Source of the DNA: a virus
Taxonomy: Duplodnaviria; Caudoviricetes
Direction: 5' to 3' (one strand)
Virus record (IMG/VR): IMGVR_UViG_3300049595_000896
Coordinates: 1 to 56,418 of that record
DNA length: 56,418 nt
The notes beneath the pieces are model-generated. The model was given only the letters and a program-made list of their open reading frames with translations, ran no database searches and had not been told where the DNA came from. Position numbers and translations under genes: made by a program. Positions 29,562 to 39,200 of the stretch are shown in pieces; within the stretch, counting starts at the first letter, position 1, and every line of letters begins with the position of its first letter.

Positions 29562-30312
29562 TATCTTTCCCGATCATTTTGTCGAAGAAGTCCGTACCCT
29601 TTCTGCGGACCACCTCTGCCGGGATAACATACTCACCTTCATGTGCAATAATAGGCACGCTGCCGTCCTTGTTTTTGCTAGTCTGCGGGAGGGCCCCGCC
29701 CATCCGCATTGAGGCCACCGGGGGCTGCATAGCCGCCTGCGGCATAGGAGCCTGAGGCATACCCCCTTGAGGCTGCATAGCCCCACCCTGCGATACAGTC
29801 TGCGCCGCCCGCGCCGCAAGAAGGATAGCAAAAACAAGACCTTGGTCATATTGTTGCGGGAGGTCTTGTTCTGTAGCGATGCCCTGCTGAATGGCGAACT
29901 GCCTGATCTGCGGATACATCTGAGGGTTCTGCGCAGCCACCTTGGCAAGCTGCGTCATCATGTTCAGTTCCTGCGGCGTAAGCTCCCCAGACTGAAGCCC
30001 AGACATAATGGCCTGCTGTATCTGCTGCACCTGCTGCGGATGGTTCTGAGCGAACCTCTGGATCTCCACGTCCATAGCTTGAGCGGACACAGGTGCAGCA
30101 GGCTGCCCCGCAGGAGCGAGACCGCCTTGCGGTCTGATAGGCATACCGCCCGGACCCACCATACCGCCTTCCTGATAAGTAGGCAGGATACCAAGTTGGC
30201 GCAGTTCCTGCATCCCCCGCTGGGTTGCCTCATCCACTGGCTGCTGGATGGGCATGGCCATCAGCTTTTGCAGGTTCGGCGGGAGGTCCAGTGATTCATT
30301 CATACGAGCCAC
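29536..30312 (-). CDS. Gln/Pro-rich internal virion protein
   Basis: YQEGGMV; C-terminal AHEGEYVIPAEVVRRKG. Confidence 0.65.
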   Translation of the reverse strand: MARMNESLDLPPNLQKLMAMPIQQPVDEATQRGMQELRQLGILPTYQEGGMVGPGGMPIRPQGGLAPAGQPAAPVSAQAMDVEIQRFAQNHPQQVQQIQQAIMSGLQSGELTPQELNMMTQLAKVAAQNPQMYPQIRQFAIQQGIATEQDLPQQYDQGLVFAILLAARAAQTVSQGGAMQPQGGMPQAPMPQAAMQPPVASMRMGGALPQTSKNKDGSVPIIAHEGEYVIPAEVVRRKGTDFFDKMIGKDNGPSSSNS

Positions 30313-30321
30313 GATTTACTC

Positions 30322-30672
30322 CTAGACCTTCAGCTGTTGAATAAGTGCATTGAGTGTAGCCCGTATATTAGCTACATCATTTGCGAGTTTTTGTACATCA
30401 GATATAAGTCTGCCGAAATCTTCCAGCCCTGCTACTTGTGTACCACTAATAACAAACCCTGCACCTGTGGCGGATACCCGCGTCATTGTCTGATCAGGGG
30501 CCGTCCCTACGACAACCTGCCCTCTTACAAGCGCCCGGCTTGCGCGATCAGACTCACCCCGTGAACCTATGAGAAGCTCCACGTTCTCCTTCAGGGCCCC
30601 TAGGATCTGCACTTCCGTAGGAGTGATATTGGACTGGGGCAGGGCAGGTATAGCAGAGAAGCGCGCCATCAC
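30322..30672 (-). CDS. Hypothetical tail-associated protein
   Basis: Coupled to the nozzle gene; C-terminal coiled coil. Confidence 0.7.
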   Translation of the reverse strand: MMARFSAIPALPQSNITPTEVQILGALKENVELLIGSRGESDRASRALVRGQVVVGTAPDQTMTRVSATGAGFVISGTQVAGLEDFGRLISDVQKLANDVANIRATLNALIQQLKV

Positions 30673-33110
30673 ACCCTCATCAGGCTAGTAGGCGTGTCGC
30701 CTACTTGTATGGACCGTACCCGCACATTACCGGTGACACTGAACTCAAACGTGTCGCTGCGGTACCCAGTGGGCAGTCGGAATATATTACTGTCGTTCAA
30801 AGTTGTTGTAAACAAAAGGGATTTGTCCACCCACATATTGAATGTAATCTGGTCCGCGTTGTTCCAAAGTTGTGTGTTTGATTCCCAGTTCGTAAGTGTA
30901 GTGTCCCACACAGAGGTCAGGTTAGTGTAATCTGCGATGACCCGGGCTGCGCCAAAGTTAGTGTAGTCAGCCAATTTGATTACTTTAGACTTCCACTGCA
31001 TAGTAGTAAATGGTTGTTGCAGGCTGTCCCACTCATAGATGGAAGACGCCCCTGCCTGTGTATAATACAATCTTCCGGTAATGTTGTCATACCACGCGGA
31101 CGAGAACGCATAATCAGTATCAACAAAGAATACATTTCTGTCTTCTACCTGCAGAATAAAAGACTTACTTGCCGCCCCTTTTGTGTAGCTCGCAAAATAT
31201 GCATCGCCATAGTAAACAGCTTGTACAGAACTAGGATCAACCGCAGTGTTCCAAGTATCTTGAGAATGTACCTGCCGGGTAACGAGCGTAAGTCCGCCGC
31301 CTGAATACAGAGCGAGCCCATCGTGAGTGGAGTAGACAACGCCATACCCCATATTGACTATGCTTCTGGCGTTAAGGCATGGATACAAAACGTCCATGCG
31401 CGTAAGACCCAGAGTGTCCGGGTTCGAACCGTCCAGAATATAAGGCCATGCATCCGTGAGGATAAGCAGTCGCCCGCTTAGCGTCTCAAGCCCAACTATG
31501 TTGTAGTCTATGGTACGGGCGTACTTGACTGGCCATGCATGCGGTTTAGTAGGTTCAGATATATACAACGTCTTGTTTACAAACCCAACAAGCATGCCGT
31601 TGTTAAACGCTTTGAGCCCCGTGAGACCGGCAGGCGGCGGGTCGTAGTCGTCAGTAGTCAACGACGTCAGAAGAAGCGACGAATCAAAGTTGTCCGTGAA
31701 CGTATAGTTGCTATCGCCCCAGTATTGCGGAGTGGATGTACCCGGAGTTTGGGATACATCATGGAACATTGTAGCGCCGCTATCTGCCTGCGATGCACGG
31801 TCAGTCCCAGTCTGTGAATAGCTGAATGTGTAATCATTAGTTACGGCGGTAACCGTACCTGTAGATATGTTGAAGTCCCCGGCTGGCGCGGTTGCTGGCG
31901 TGGACCCGGTTATCCTGAACTTCGCCCCTACGTAAAGTTCGTGTGGGAACTGTGTTGTTACAGTGCATACGTTCGACGTCCGGGATACAGTTATGACACG
32001 GTTAGGAAACCACAATGTGGTAAGCTTGAAATACTCGGACTCGTTGCCTGCCGTTATGGTACGGTAAAGGTTGACCCCACGTACGAAGTTAGTTCCAGAC
32101 GGTTTTGCTGTAGGTAGATTGGTTATAGTCGCAGTTTCGCCTTCTATGATATACAGATCCGCAGACGGGTCAGACGCGATTGACTCCTCACCCCACGGCG
32201 TAATCCATGTATAAACATACGTCCTTAGCTCTTGCGCCCCGGACAACGTTACCCGGCCTGTCGCAGCAGTGGATGTGATCTCGGGTCCCACGCTAAAGAA
32301 CGTAAATGTAGTCGCGCCAGTTACTGTAATAGTAACATTCGATGCGTTCAGATCGACCCCGGCTATTGAAACCGTGCCGCTATCGTTGCCGATATAATAC
32401 GCCGGTACATCAAAAGCATTAACCCCGGTTACGTTCGCTACATAAGTACCACTAACCGCTTGACCTCCAGTAAAACTAAGGTCCACCAGCGAGCCATTAT
32501 CCAAGCCATGAGCAGTCATGGTAATGAAAATTGTGTCGCCTACTTTACTCCACGTACCTGTTTTATCGCCGTACCCGGTAACGCTGACTGTACTGCCGGT
32601 ACGCAATTCGTGGTTAGTCGATGTCGTTACGGTAACTATATTGGTGCTACTACGACTGATGCTGCTAATTACACGTTCGGTATAAGCAGATTTTGTAGCT
32701 GTGACTTTTGTGGTCGGTAGCGGCAGGCCAAGGTCGTAATACCCTACGGGGAAAGGCTCACTGCCAGTCGTGGCGAGATCGTAGTTGCTGACTTTGGGAG
32801 CGCCATCACCCGTATAATAGAACCGCTGGTCGTTACTAGCGGTGTCGGGAAGCGCTACAATGTCGACGTTTGTAGTCCACGAAAGCCAGCGAAGCGCGCC
32901 CGTACTTGGGTTACGTAATGCATACAGCGTCTTGGTAGTTGTCGCGCCTCGTTCCGTACTGTCTACAACAACGGGGGTAGGGTACGGGATAAGATCCCCT
33001 GAATATAGCTTGCAGTTTGCTGCGACTTGCGCCGCTGTCGCCGGAAGAAGCTCCGGAGATACCCTTGGCATAGTGCCTAGGAAACCTGCTATTTTCAGAG
33101 GATCTGCCAT
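30669..33110 (-). CDS. Tail nozzle / tubular protein B-like protein with inserted beta-barrel repeats
   Basis: F.G..PR..P.LLP...AQ.A.N; YVYTW...GEES; SEP..PHAWP; WKSK; VTT..HxL..G..V repeats. Confidence 0.8.
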   Translation of the reverse strand: MADPLKIAGFLGTMPRVSPELLPATAAQVAANCKLYSGDLIPYPTPVVVDSTERGATTTKTLYALRNPSTGALRWLSWTTNVDIVALPDTASNDQRFYYTGDGAPKVSNYDLATTGSEPFPVGYYDLGLPLPTTKVTATKSAYTERVISSISRSSTNIVTVTTSTNHELRTGSTVSVTGYGDKTGTWSKVGDTIFITMTAHGLDNGSLVDLSFTGGQAVSGTYVANVTGVNAFDVPAYYIGNDSGTVSIAGVDLNASNVTITVTGATTFTFFSVGPEITSTAATGRVTLSGAQELRTYVYTWITPWGEESIASDPSADLYIIEGETATITNLPTAKPSGTNFVRGVNLYRTITAGNESEYFKLTTLWFPNRVITVSRTSNVCTVTTQFPHELYVGAKFRITGSTPATAPAGDFNISTGTVTAVTNDYTFSYSQTGTDRASQADSGATMFHDVSQTPGTSTPQYWGDSNYTFTDNFDSSLLLTSLTTDDYDPPPAGLTGLKAFNNGMLVGFVNKTLYISEPTKPHAWPVKYARTIDYNIVGLETLSGRLLILTDAWPYILDGSNPDTLGLTRMDVLYPCLNARSIVNMGYGVVYSTHDGLALYSGGGLTLVTRQVHSQDTWNTAVDPSSVQAVYYGDAYFASYTKGAASKSFILQVEDRNVFFVDTDYAFSSAWYDNITGRLYYTQAGASSIYEWDSLQQPFTTMQWKSKVIKLADYTNFGAARVIADYTNLTSVWDTTLTNWESNTQLWNNADQITFNMWVDKSLLFTTTLNDSNIFRLPTGYRSDTFEFSVTGNVRVRSIQVGDTPTSLMRV

Positions 33111-33113
33111 CGA

Positions 33114-33227
33114 TTACTTTTTCTTCATGCATTTGCCTGCGGCTTTGCATTTCGCAGGGTTCGGGCATCCGGCGCATGGCTTGAATACCATACCGCCTTT
33201 TTTGTAGGGCATAGGTTTGCTTTTCAT
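33114..33227 (-). CDS. 37-aa Lys/Cys-rich microprotein (MKSKPMPYKKGGMVFKPCAGCPNPAKCKAAGKCMKKK); not in the ORF track
   Basis: GAGG RBS; ATGA overlap with the o-spanin stop; ends 3 nt before the nozzle ATG. Confidence 0.7.
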   Translation of the reverse strand: MKSKPMPYKKGGMVFKPCAGCPNPAKCKAAGKCMKKK

Positions 33228-33469
33228 GGTAGATCCTCTGTACTTCCCCCACACAACTTCTGATAAGTCTCGTTCATAGACACTACGTCTTTTAGAAACT
33301 GGTTATCGTTTGCAACCAACCAGTTAATAGTATCCTCTTTATTAAAATACGCAGGCTCGAACACTTCACAAAAACTAATTGGGTTTGGAGTCTGGGGGTG
33401 CGGATGTACGCAGCCAGCGGTTAGCGATAACAGCGAGATAGTCGTCAGAAGCAGCATCAACCTCTGCAT
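33224..33469 (-). CDS. o-spanin (Rz1-like lipoprotein)
   Basis: Lipobox LTAGC; overlaps the 3' end of the i-spanin gene. Confidence 0.8.
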   Translation of the reverse strand: MQRLMLLLTTISLLSLTAGCVHPHPQTPNPISFCEVFEPAYFNKEDTINWLVANDNQFLKDVVSMNETYQKLCGGSTEDLP

Positions 33470-33644
33470 CCACTTCTTTCTTAACCTCTTTGACTTCGCG
33501 GGCAGCTTCATTTTTTTCTCTCTCCTCGGCTATGATCTCTTCTTTTTTGCCGGATGCCTTACCTGTCTTAAATATAAATATAGCAGAAAGAACGCCGAAA
33601 AGAGCGGTTATAATTGTAATCACTATATCGGATGGGATGTTCAC
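33375..33644 (-). CDS. i-spanin (Rz-like)
   Basis: N-terminal TM helix, then a charged coiled coil. Confidence 0.78.
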   Translation of the reverse strand: MNIPSDIVITIITALFGVLSAIFIFKTGKASGKKEEIIAEEREKNEAAREVKEVKKEVDAEVDAASDDYLAVIANRWLRTSAPPDSKPN

Positions 33645-33859
33645 TTGAACGCCCCGCGAAGGCCGATACCTACGAGACCCATGTTAACGAGCGCAGCTGC
33701 ACTAAGTCCGGGGAACAGACTTTCCACCATACCAGAAAGCCAGTCCATGCCGGGTACTGCGGTAGCAAACGCGAGTGCAAGACCTGCAAACAGCGGAAAC
33801 ACGGAAGCCCACCAAGTAAGCGACTTAGGCTTGACGTATTTGGATACAGCGTCTTTCAT
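33641..33859 (-). CDS. Holin (two TM helices)
   Basis: KSLTWW, hydrophobic helices, GLR C-terminus; adjacent to the endolysin. Confidence 0.7.
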   Translation of the reverse strand: MKDAVSKYVKPKSLTWWASVFPLFAGLALAFATAVPGMDWLSGMVESLFPGLSAAALVNMGLVGIGLRGAFK

Positions 33860-33868
33860 ATAACTCTC

Positions 33869-34252
33869 CTATTTGTAATGCTTACGATCTAGCTCGAAGT
33901 GCGGGCCGTCTTTGAACGTCCGCCAGTCACCGCCCCAGACAATAGGCACATTAAGTTCAGCGGCTGCTTGCTTTATAGCAGGTGCTATCAACCTGAACAA
34001 CTCCCAGTCCCAACGCACTTTTCCGTCCAGCATAGGGGCTATATCCACTGCGTGACCTGTCAGATGCCGGGAGTTCATCGTCTTGGACGCTCCTGCCTTG
34101 ACGAGATCTGCCTGCCGTTCTTTGGTGCGCAGCCCCTCGGTGATTGTGAAGTCGATGGGAGAAAGCTCCAGCCCGCGCTCCATAACCTTGACCAGATCGG
34201 GGTGCACGCCCTTCAGATTGTTGAGACTACGCATGCCAAACTGAAAAGTCAT
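33869..34252 (-). CDS. Endolysin, M15-family L-Ala-D-Glu peptidase
   Basis: GVHPDL, EGLRT..RQ, SRHLTGHAVD, WGGDW..FKDGPHFEL. Confidence 0.95.
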   Translation of the reverse strand: MTFQFGMRSLNNLKGVHPDLVKVMERGLELSPIDFTITEGLRTKERQADLVKAGASKTMNSRHLTGHAVDIAPMLDGKVRWDWELFRLIAPAIKQAAAELNVPIVWGGDWRTFKDGPHFELDRKHYK

Positions 34253-34491
34253 TTGCGTAATGCTTCTTCTATGGAATCAAGTTTGTTAAAAACTGCGCGG
34301 ATCATGTCCCGTATTTCGGTAAGCTCGCGTTCGTGCGCTGTCTTCCTTTCCGCAGCTTCGGCTTTTAAAACCGCAAGATCTGTGTGGTGATCTTGTTGTC
34401 GCTTGTATATAAGCCACACAAACGCGGCGACGGGGGCGACAACCCACTTCATAATTGTTTCGACAAAAGACGCCGCGCTGTCCATAGTCAT
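34249..34491 (-). CDS. Holin/antiholin-like single-TM protein
   Basis: N-terminal TM helix plus coiled coil; coupled to the endolysin. Confidence 0.6.
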   Translation of the reverse strand: MTMDSAASFVETIMKWVVAPVAAFVWLIYKRQQDHHTDLAVLKAEAAERKTAHERELTEIRDMIRAVFNKLDSIEEALRK

Positions 34492-34715
34492 CCCTCAGGA
34501 GGTTGTGGGATAGGTTGTACAGGTATTGGTGGTATGGAAGCCGGGACGGCTGCAGTTGCCATGCTCTGCCAGTACCCGCAAATATTGTAGATGTTTTTAG
34601 CTTCTGCGGCAATCTGAATATGGTGCGAATCAACAGGAGAAACTTTCGTGATCTCCTGTGCTATGGTCCGCACTTCGTCAAGATTGGTAATCAAATCGGC
34701 AAGTAGATTATCCAT
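34488..34715 (-). CDS. Hypothetical protein
   Basis: AAGGAG RBS. Confidence 0.65.
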   Translation of the reverse strand: MDNLLADLITNLDEVRTIAQEITKVSPVDSHHIQIAAEAKNIYNICGYWQSMATAAVPASIPPIPVQPIPQPPEG

Positions 34716-34783
34716 AGGAAGGCTCCTTTTTATAATGTTGAATAGTCAGCAGTTCTTCAAGAGTGGGCTTCACGATAACCCTC

Positions 34784-35251
34784 CTAATGGTTTGTTACGC
34801 CGACATTGCCCGCATGTTCACGCCGCAACTTTGGAGACAGGCCTTTTAACCCTTGCCCGTTCTGTTCAATCCAATTCTGAAACAGGCGCGCAACAGACAG
34901 CGCCAATAATCCCGGCTGCAGGTTTTCTCGCTGCAACAGATCATTGATGATGAACCGGGTCTCCGGCCCTGCACTGTCCATGATGTGCCGTGCGTAGAAG
35001 CCCTGTACGCGCTGCTTCCGCCTTGTTTCGTAATCCTTGACCGCCACAATCCCGCGGGCTGACCATGTCGGTTTCCAGTCCGCCATTTTGATCAAATCGG
35101 CCCGTAGCTTATCTTCTCTGGCTTCCTTTGCCGGACCCGCCGGAAGTGCATCAAGCGATGCTTTCTCACGCGATGCCCAGATACGGATAGCGCAATTTGC
35201 CGGCCTTCCTGCCGCATCGTGATCCGCGATGATCGTATCAAGAACCGTCAT
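34784..35251 (-). CDS. Hypothetical protein
   Basis: Coupled (TGATG) to the upstream tail-tip gene. Confidence 0.65.
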   Translation of the reverse strand: MTVLDTIIADHDAAGRPANCAIRIWASREKASLDALPAGPAKEAREDKLRADLIKMADWKPTWSARGIVAVKDYETRRKQRVQGFYARHIMDSAGPETRFIINDLLQRENLQPGLLALSVARLFQNWIEQNGQGLKGLSPKLRREHAGNVGVTNH

Positions 35252-35973
35252 CAGTAATTGCTCACGTCAATAACAAGGACTATCTGCGCCTCTTCTCCGC
35301 TGATCAGTCCACAGCTGAAATCATCTCCCCGGTACTGATCAAACCAGAGCACAGGTGAAGCATTAGTAGTCAGCGCAGTTCCGTTCAGCTTGAAGCCGCC
35401 AATGTAGTATTGCTGACTGCACTCGTCTGGCGTTGGAATTTTCGGGTCTCCGATCACGCTGGAGGATGACGCATAGCGGCCTGGCCTGACGGTCACGACT
35501 GCGTATGTCTTGCCACTCGCCAGCGTCGTGGATTTATTCCCATCGGCAATGGTCGTCGTGATCTGGTTCGTCGGCTTGAAAGCGCCCCGCGTGGCGGTGA
35601 ATTGCAGCTCGCCCGACGAATTGTAGACCTCAAACCCGACCGTCCCGCTGGTCGTCGGGACGTCAAAAACGTAATAGGTGAAATCCACGTCTGCATCGGA
35701 AAAAACGCGGAAGGTGTAGGTGCTGCCGCTGATATTGACCGCGCCTATAATCAGCCACTGCGTCGTATTTCCATTCAGAGCAATGACCGGGTTCGTGGCC
35801 GAAGAGACGACAATGTCGTAATACCAGTAAGCTTTTGTTCCGTTATAGAGCGTCCCGCTTGAGACCTGCGTCATAGACGTGACGCTTGTCTTGCTGATCA
35901 GCTGGATATTCTTGTACGTGTCGTCTATCTGCAAGACGCCGTTGTCGTTTGTGACCTGCATTCCTACCGGCAT
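35251..35973 (-). CDS. Tail-tip accessory protein
   Basis: MPVGMQV.ND.G.LQIDD.Y.N and G.EVYN..G.L.F repeats, typical of genes after siphophage central fibres. Confidence 0.7.
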   Translation of the reverse strand: MPVGMQVTNDNGVLQIDDTYKNIQLISKTSVTSMTQVSSGTLYNGTKAYWYYDIVVSSATNPVIALNGNTTQWLIIGAVNISGSTYTFRVFSDADVDFTYYVFDVPTTSGTVGFEVYNSSGELQFTATRGAFKPTNQITTTIADGNKSTTLASGKTYAVVTVRPGRYASSSSVIGDPKIPTPDECSQQYYIGGFKLNGTALTTNASPVLWFDQYRGDDFSCGLISGEEAQIVLVIDVSNY

Positions 35974-36266
35974 CAGTAAACCCCGTAAATTATGCGGATG
36001 GCGTCAAAAGCCTGCCAGCTGATGTTCGCACCCGATACGGTGTAAGTGACGGTGTCAAAATCCAGAATTGTAGGCGGATCTCCAAGCGTCATTGAAAACG
36101 GCGCGATATACCAGACCGTGGCTCCGGTGTCGTAGCCCGGCACAGTAATCGTCCCGCTACTGGGACTCGGACCAACAGTCTGCGCGCCAGTCTGGCGCCC
36201 GATGGATGACGAAGTGTCAAATATCAAGTTACCGGATGCGTCCCATATCTGAAGTCCTTGGGGCAT
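35973..36266 (-). CDS. Small tail-tip accessory protein
   Basis: MPQGLQIWDASG.LI.D ... IIYGVY. Confidence 0.72.
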   Translation of the reverse strand: MPQGLQIWDASGNLIFDTSSSIGRQTGAQTVGPSPSSGTITVPGYDTGATVWYIAPFSMTLGDPPTILDFDTVTYTVSGANISWQAFDAIRIIYGVY

Positions 36267-39200
36267 TACCAAATCCCCATTCGGACGCGCAGACGCGTTG
36301 CGTCGTAGACTTCAACAACAGAGTTAGATATTACAATTCTCGCACCTGATGTGCCCGATTGAATTGTGATGCCGCCTGACCCTATATTCAGCGTGCCTAC
36401 GTTTGCAGATTTGATCTTTACGTTTCCGCCCGTCACCTCGAACGGGGCAACGTCAGTAGAACCGTTGAATATCTGAAAAGTATCCGCTGTGAATTTGACG
36501 CTGCTGGTGGTTCCATTGCTCAGCAGCTTCATGCTCGCTATGCGGCCATTGGCATCGACAGTCACACCGTAGGAAGCGGTCAGCTTGCCATCTACAGTAG
36601 CGATGGCAGAGGCGTTGGTGGTGACGCCGGCTTGAAGACTGTTTGAAGATCCTTCTGTCGTGTACGCTGTTGCTACTGACCCGCGTTCCAGTTTTATATA
36701 GTTAAACACTACGTCTTGGTAGCTACCAGACGCAGCCCATTCGCGTTGAAAAACGACCCGTCTACGTACGTATTCGCCGCCGCTTGTCAGAGAGGTTGTT
36801 GTCGAGAATCTTGGGCCGTAACTGTTTAACAGTACATACGGACTAGCATGGATTAGGGTTCCCGATGAATTGAAGAGTTCAATCCGCATCATCGTTCTGT
36901 CGCCCGATACGCCAGTCCCTCCATAGCCTGTCGCAGAAAGTGTATATTGCTGGTTAGTATCTATGTAAGCCGTTGCGCTGTCTTCAAGGTCGTAATAATA
37001 CCACTCCGTTACTGCAGCCCCAGAGGCACGCGCTTTGTAGTAAAACAAACCCCCGAGAGGTTCCCAATTACCCACTCCTATGCCCCCACCCCAACCGGAG
37101 GGAAGTGTGGTAGATAAAGGCTGCGGGTGCGGAAACCGATTGGAGTTGACGTTTACTCTGGCCGTTAGCGTTGTAATCAACGACGTGTTTGCGCTATCGG
37201 CAGTTGCTCTTGCTTCCGCTTCTGTACGTATAGCTGCCTCGGCTATAGTGGACGGGGCAAACATGGCCTCGAACCAATATATGCCAGCGGCCTGAACAGA
37301 TCCAAATCCGTCCCAACCGTTCATCAAAATCATTTCGGCACGGTAAGCATTAGCCGGCGCTGTAAGTTCTTTTTCGTAACGCACAACTCTGTCGGGGTCT
37401 GCGCCTGTTGTTCCATCCGTTCGAGGTGTATTTACAAATGGAATGTTTGTAGCGGAGATATACACACCAGCGTCAGTGAACCATGCAATATATATTCCAG
37501 CGGTTGCAAGCGTACCGCTAGCCCGGGCCACCTGCGCCCCAACCTTATATTTCGACCCCGGAGAAATTCCTCCGAGAATAGTCTGTGCTATTCCGCAATT
37601 TGCACCTGCATTTGCCGTCATATACAGTATGTTGCCCGCCATCCCATACGGCGCAGCTACATGTTGTATAGTTGGCGGTGTCGCAGCCCATAAATACCAG
37701 CCGGACGGTATCGTTCCAGACGTAAACGGTATACGGAAAAACGGGTTTTTAAGTAGCGAGCCGTTGGCATCGGCTCCATCGACGCGAGCCGTAAGCACTG
37801 TATCTGCCGCTGCTCGTGCGCTTGTCTCATTGGCGATGGCGGTAGCGTTATTTGTGATCTGCGCCTGCAGCCCTGTGCCCGGCGTGTTAATCAAGTCAAG
37901 AGCTGTGCGGCCTTCAATCTCGGCCTGCGATGCCGGCCTTATAGCCACTCGGTGGAATGTAATGTCATTGGCGCTTGCTATATTGCCAAGGCCGTTCCAA
38001 TGGGCCATGGCATAAATGAAACTAGTATTAACTCCCGCAGTCGTTACGTTTATCAGTTTGCGGAATTTATAAAGTCTCCCAACAACTCCGTTTCCGGGGG
38101 CTGCACCGGTAGTATCAAGATCGCTAGCAAAGCTCATATTTACACTGCCTTGCAGTCCGTCCACCCCCCAGTTTAAGTGCCCGCCAGCCCCAGAAAAGGT
38201 CCCTGAGTTAAGCGTCACGTCATACTCTAAAACATGCCATCCTTGCGTAACCCTACCACCAACATATTGTTGGAGCCCCCGGTTGAGATTAGCTGTGCCT
38301 GCGATCCTGTATGCGTAGACTTTTGGTGCAATACCTGCGACGCGGTAGCCTGTTTCCCCTCCCTCCCAAGTACTCCAATCATCTGGAACGCCTGTTGTAT
38401 TGGTATATGTTGTGAATGTCGGGTTGCTGTTGATCGCCAAGTCAGACCCGGCCACTCGCGCTGTCAGTGTTGTAGTTGTTGTCGTAAGTGCACTGTCCGC
38501 CGCCGCTCTTGCGTTTGCTTCGGTCGTAATGGCAGCGAACGTACCCGGATCAACAGACCTCTCATACGGACTCAACGCCGTCTGCGAACTGGACACTTTG
38601 CGCAGATATGGTTCGGTTATCTGATATTCGTTGGTCGCAGCAGATGCATAAGCAATTACGTTAAGAGCTACCCGTTCGGCTAAAACGGGCGCTGTAACAA
38701 ACCCGCCAGATCTGGCGTTGTTTGTCATACCATTTACGACTGTAGAAGAAGTTATATAATTTCCTGAAGCATCGTACCAGTCCGCCATCAGACTAGCGCT
38801 GCTACAGTTGGTAAACGAAACATAGGCTGACAATTCCAGTCTTTGCCCGACGCTGCATGGCGTTGCATACGTGTAGCCGACGCCAAGGTTAGACTGATGA
38901 CCAACCGTCATTCCTGTGTTCTGCCGACGGAGAAATCTTTTGCCCGCACTCGTGACAACTGACTTGGAGGCCAAAGAACCAGACTGCGTGTACAGGTTGG
39001 TCCACACCGCATCGATGTTGTCGAAATTACTATCAGGGCAGGCGTTTGCTCCGAACGCCAATCCAGTACCAAAACTTGCGGACAGGTTGGTAATCGACGT
39101 TGCGTTCGCCTGATCTCCGTCCGAAACAGTTTGTTGGAGAGTTGTTATCGTAGCATTTGTAGTTGCTATATCTGTAATTTCTTCGATTAAAAATTCACGT

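Noticed and set aside
34720-34730. -1 frameshift at T-AAA-AAG fusing the 21-aa ORF to the 75-aa ORF
   Set aside because: The heptamer is not canonical, and the downstream ORF is in the +1 frame
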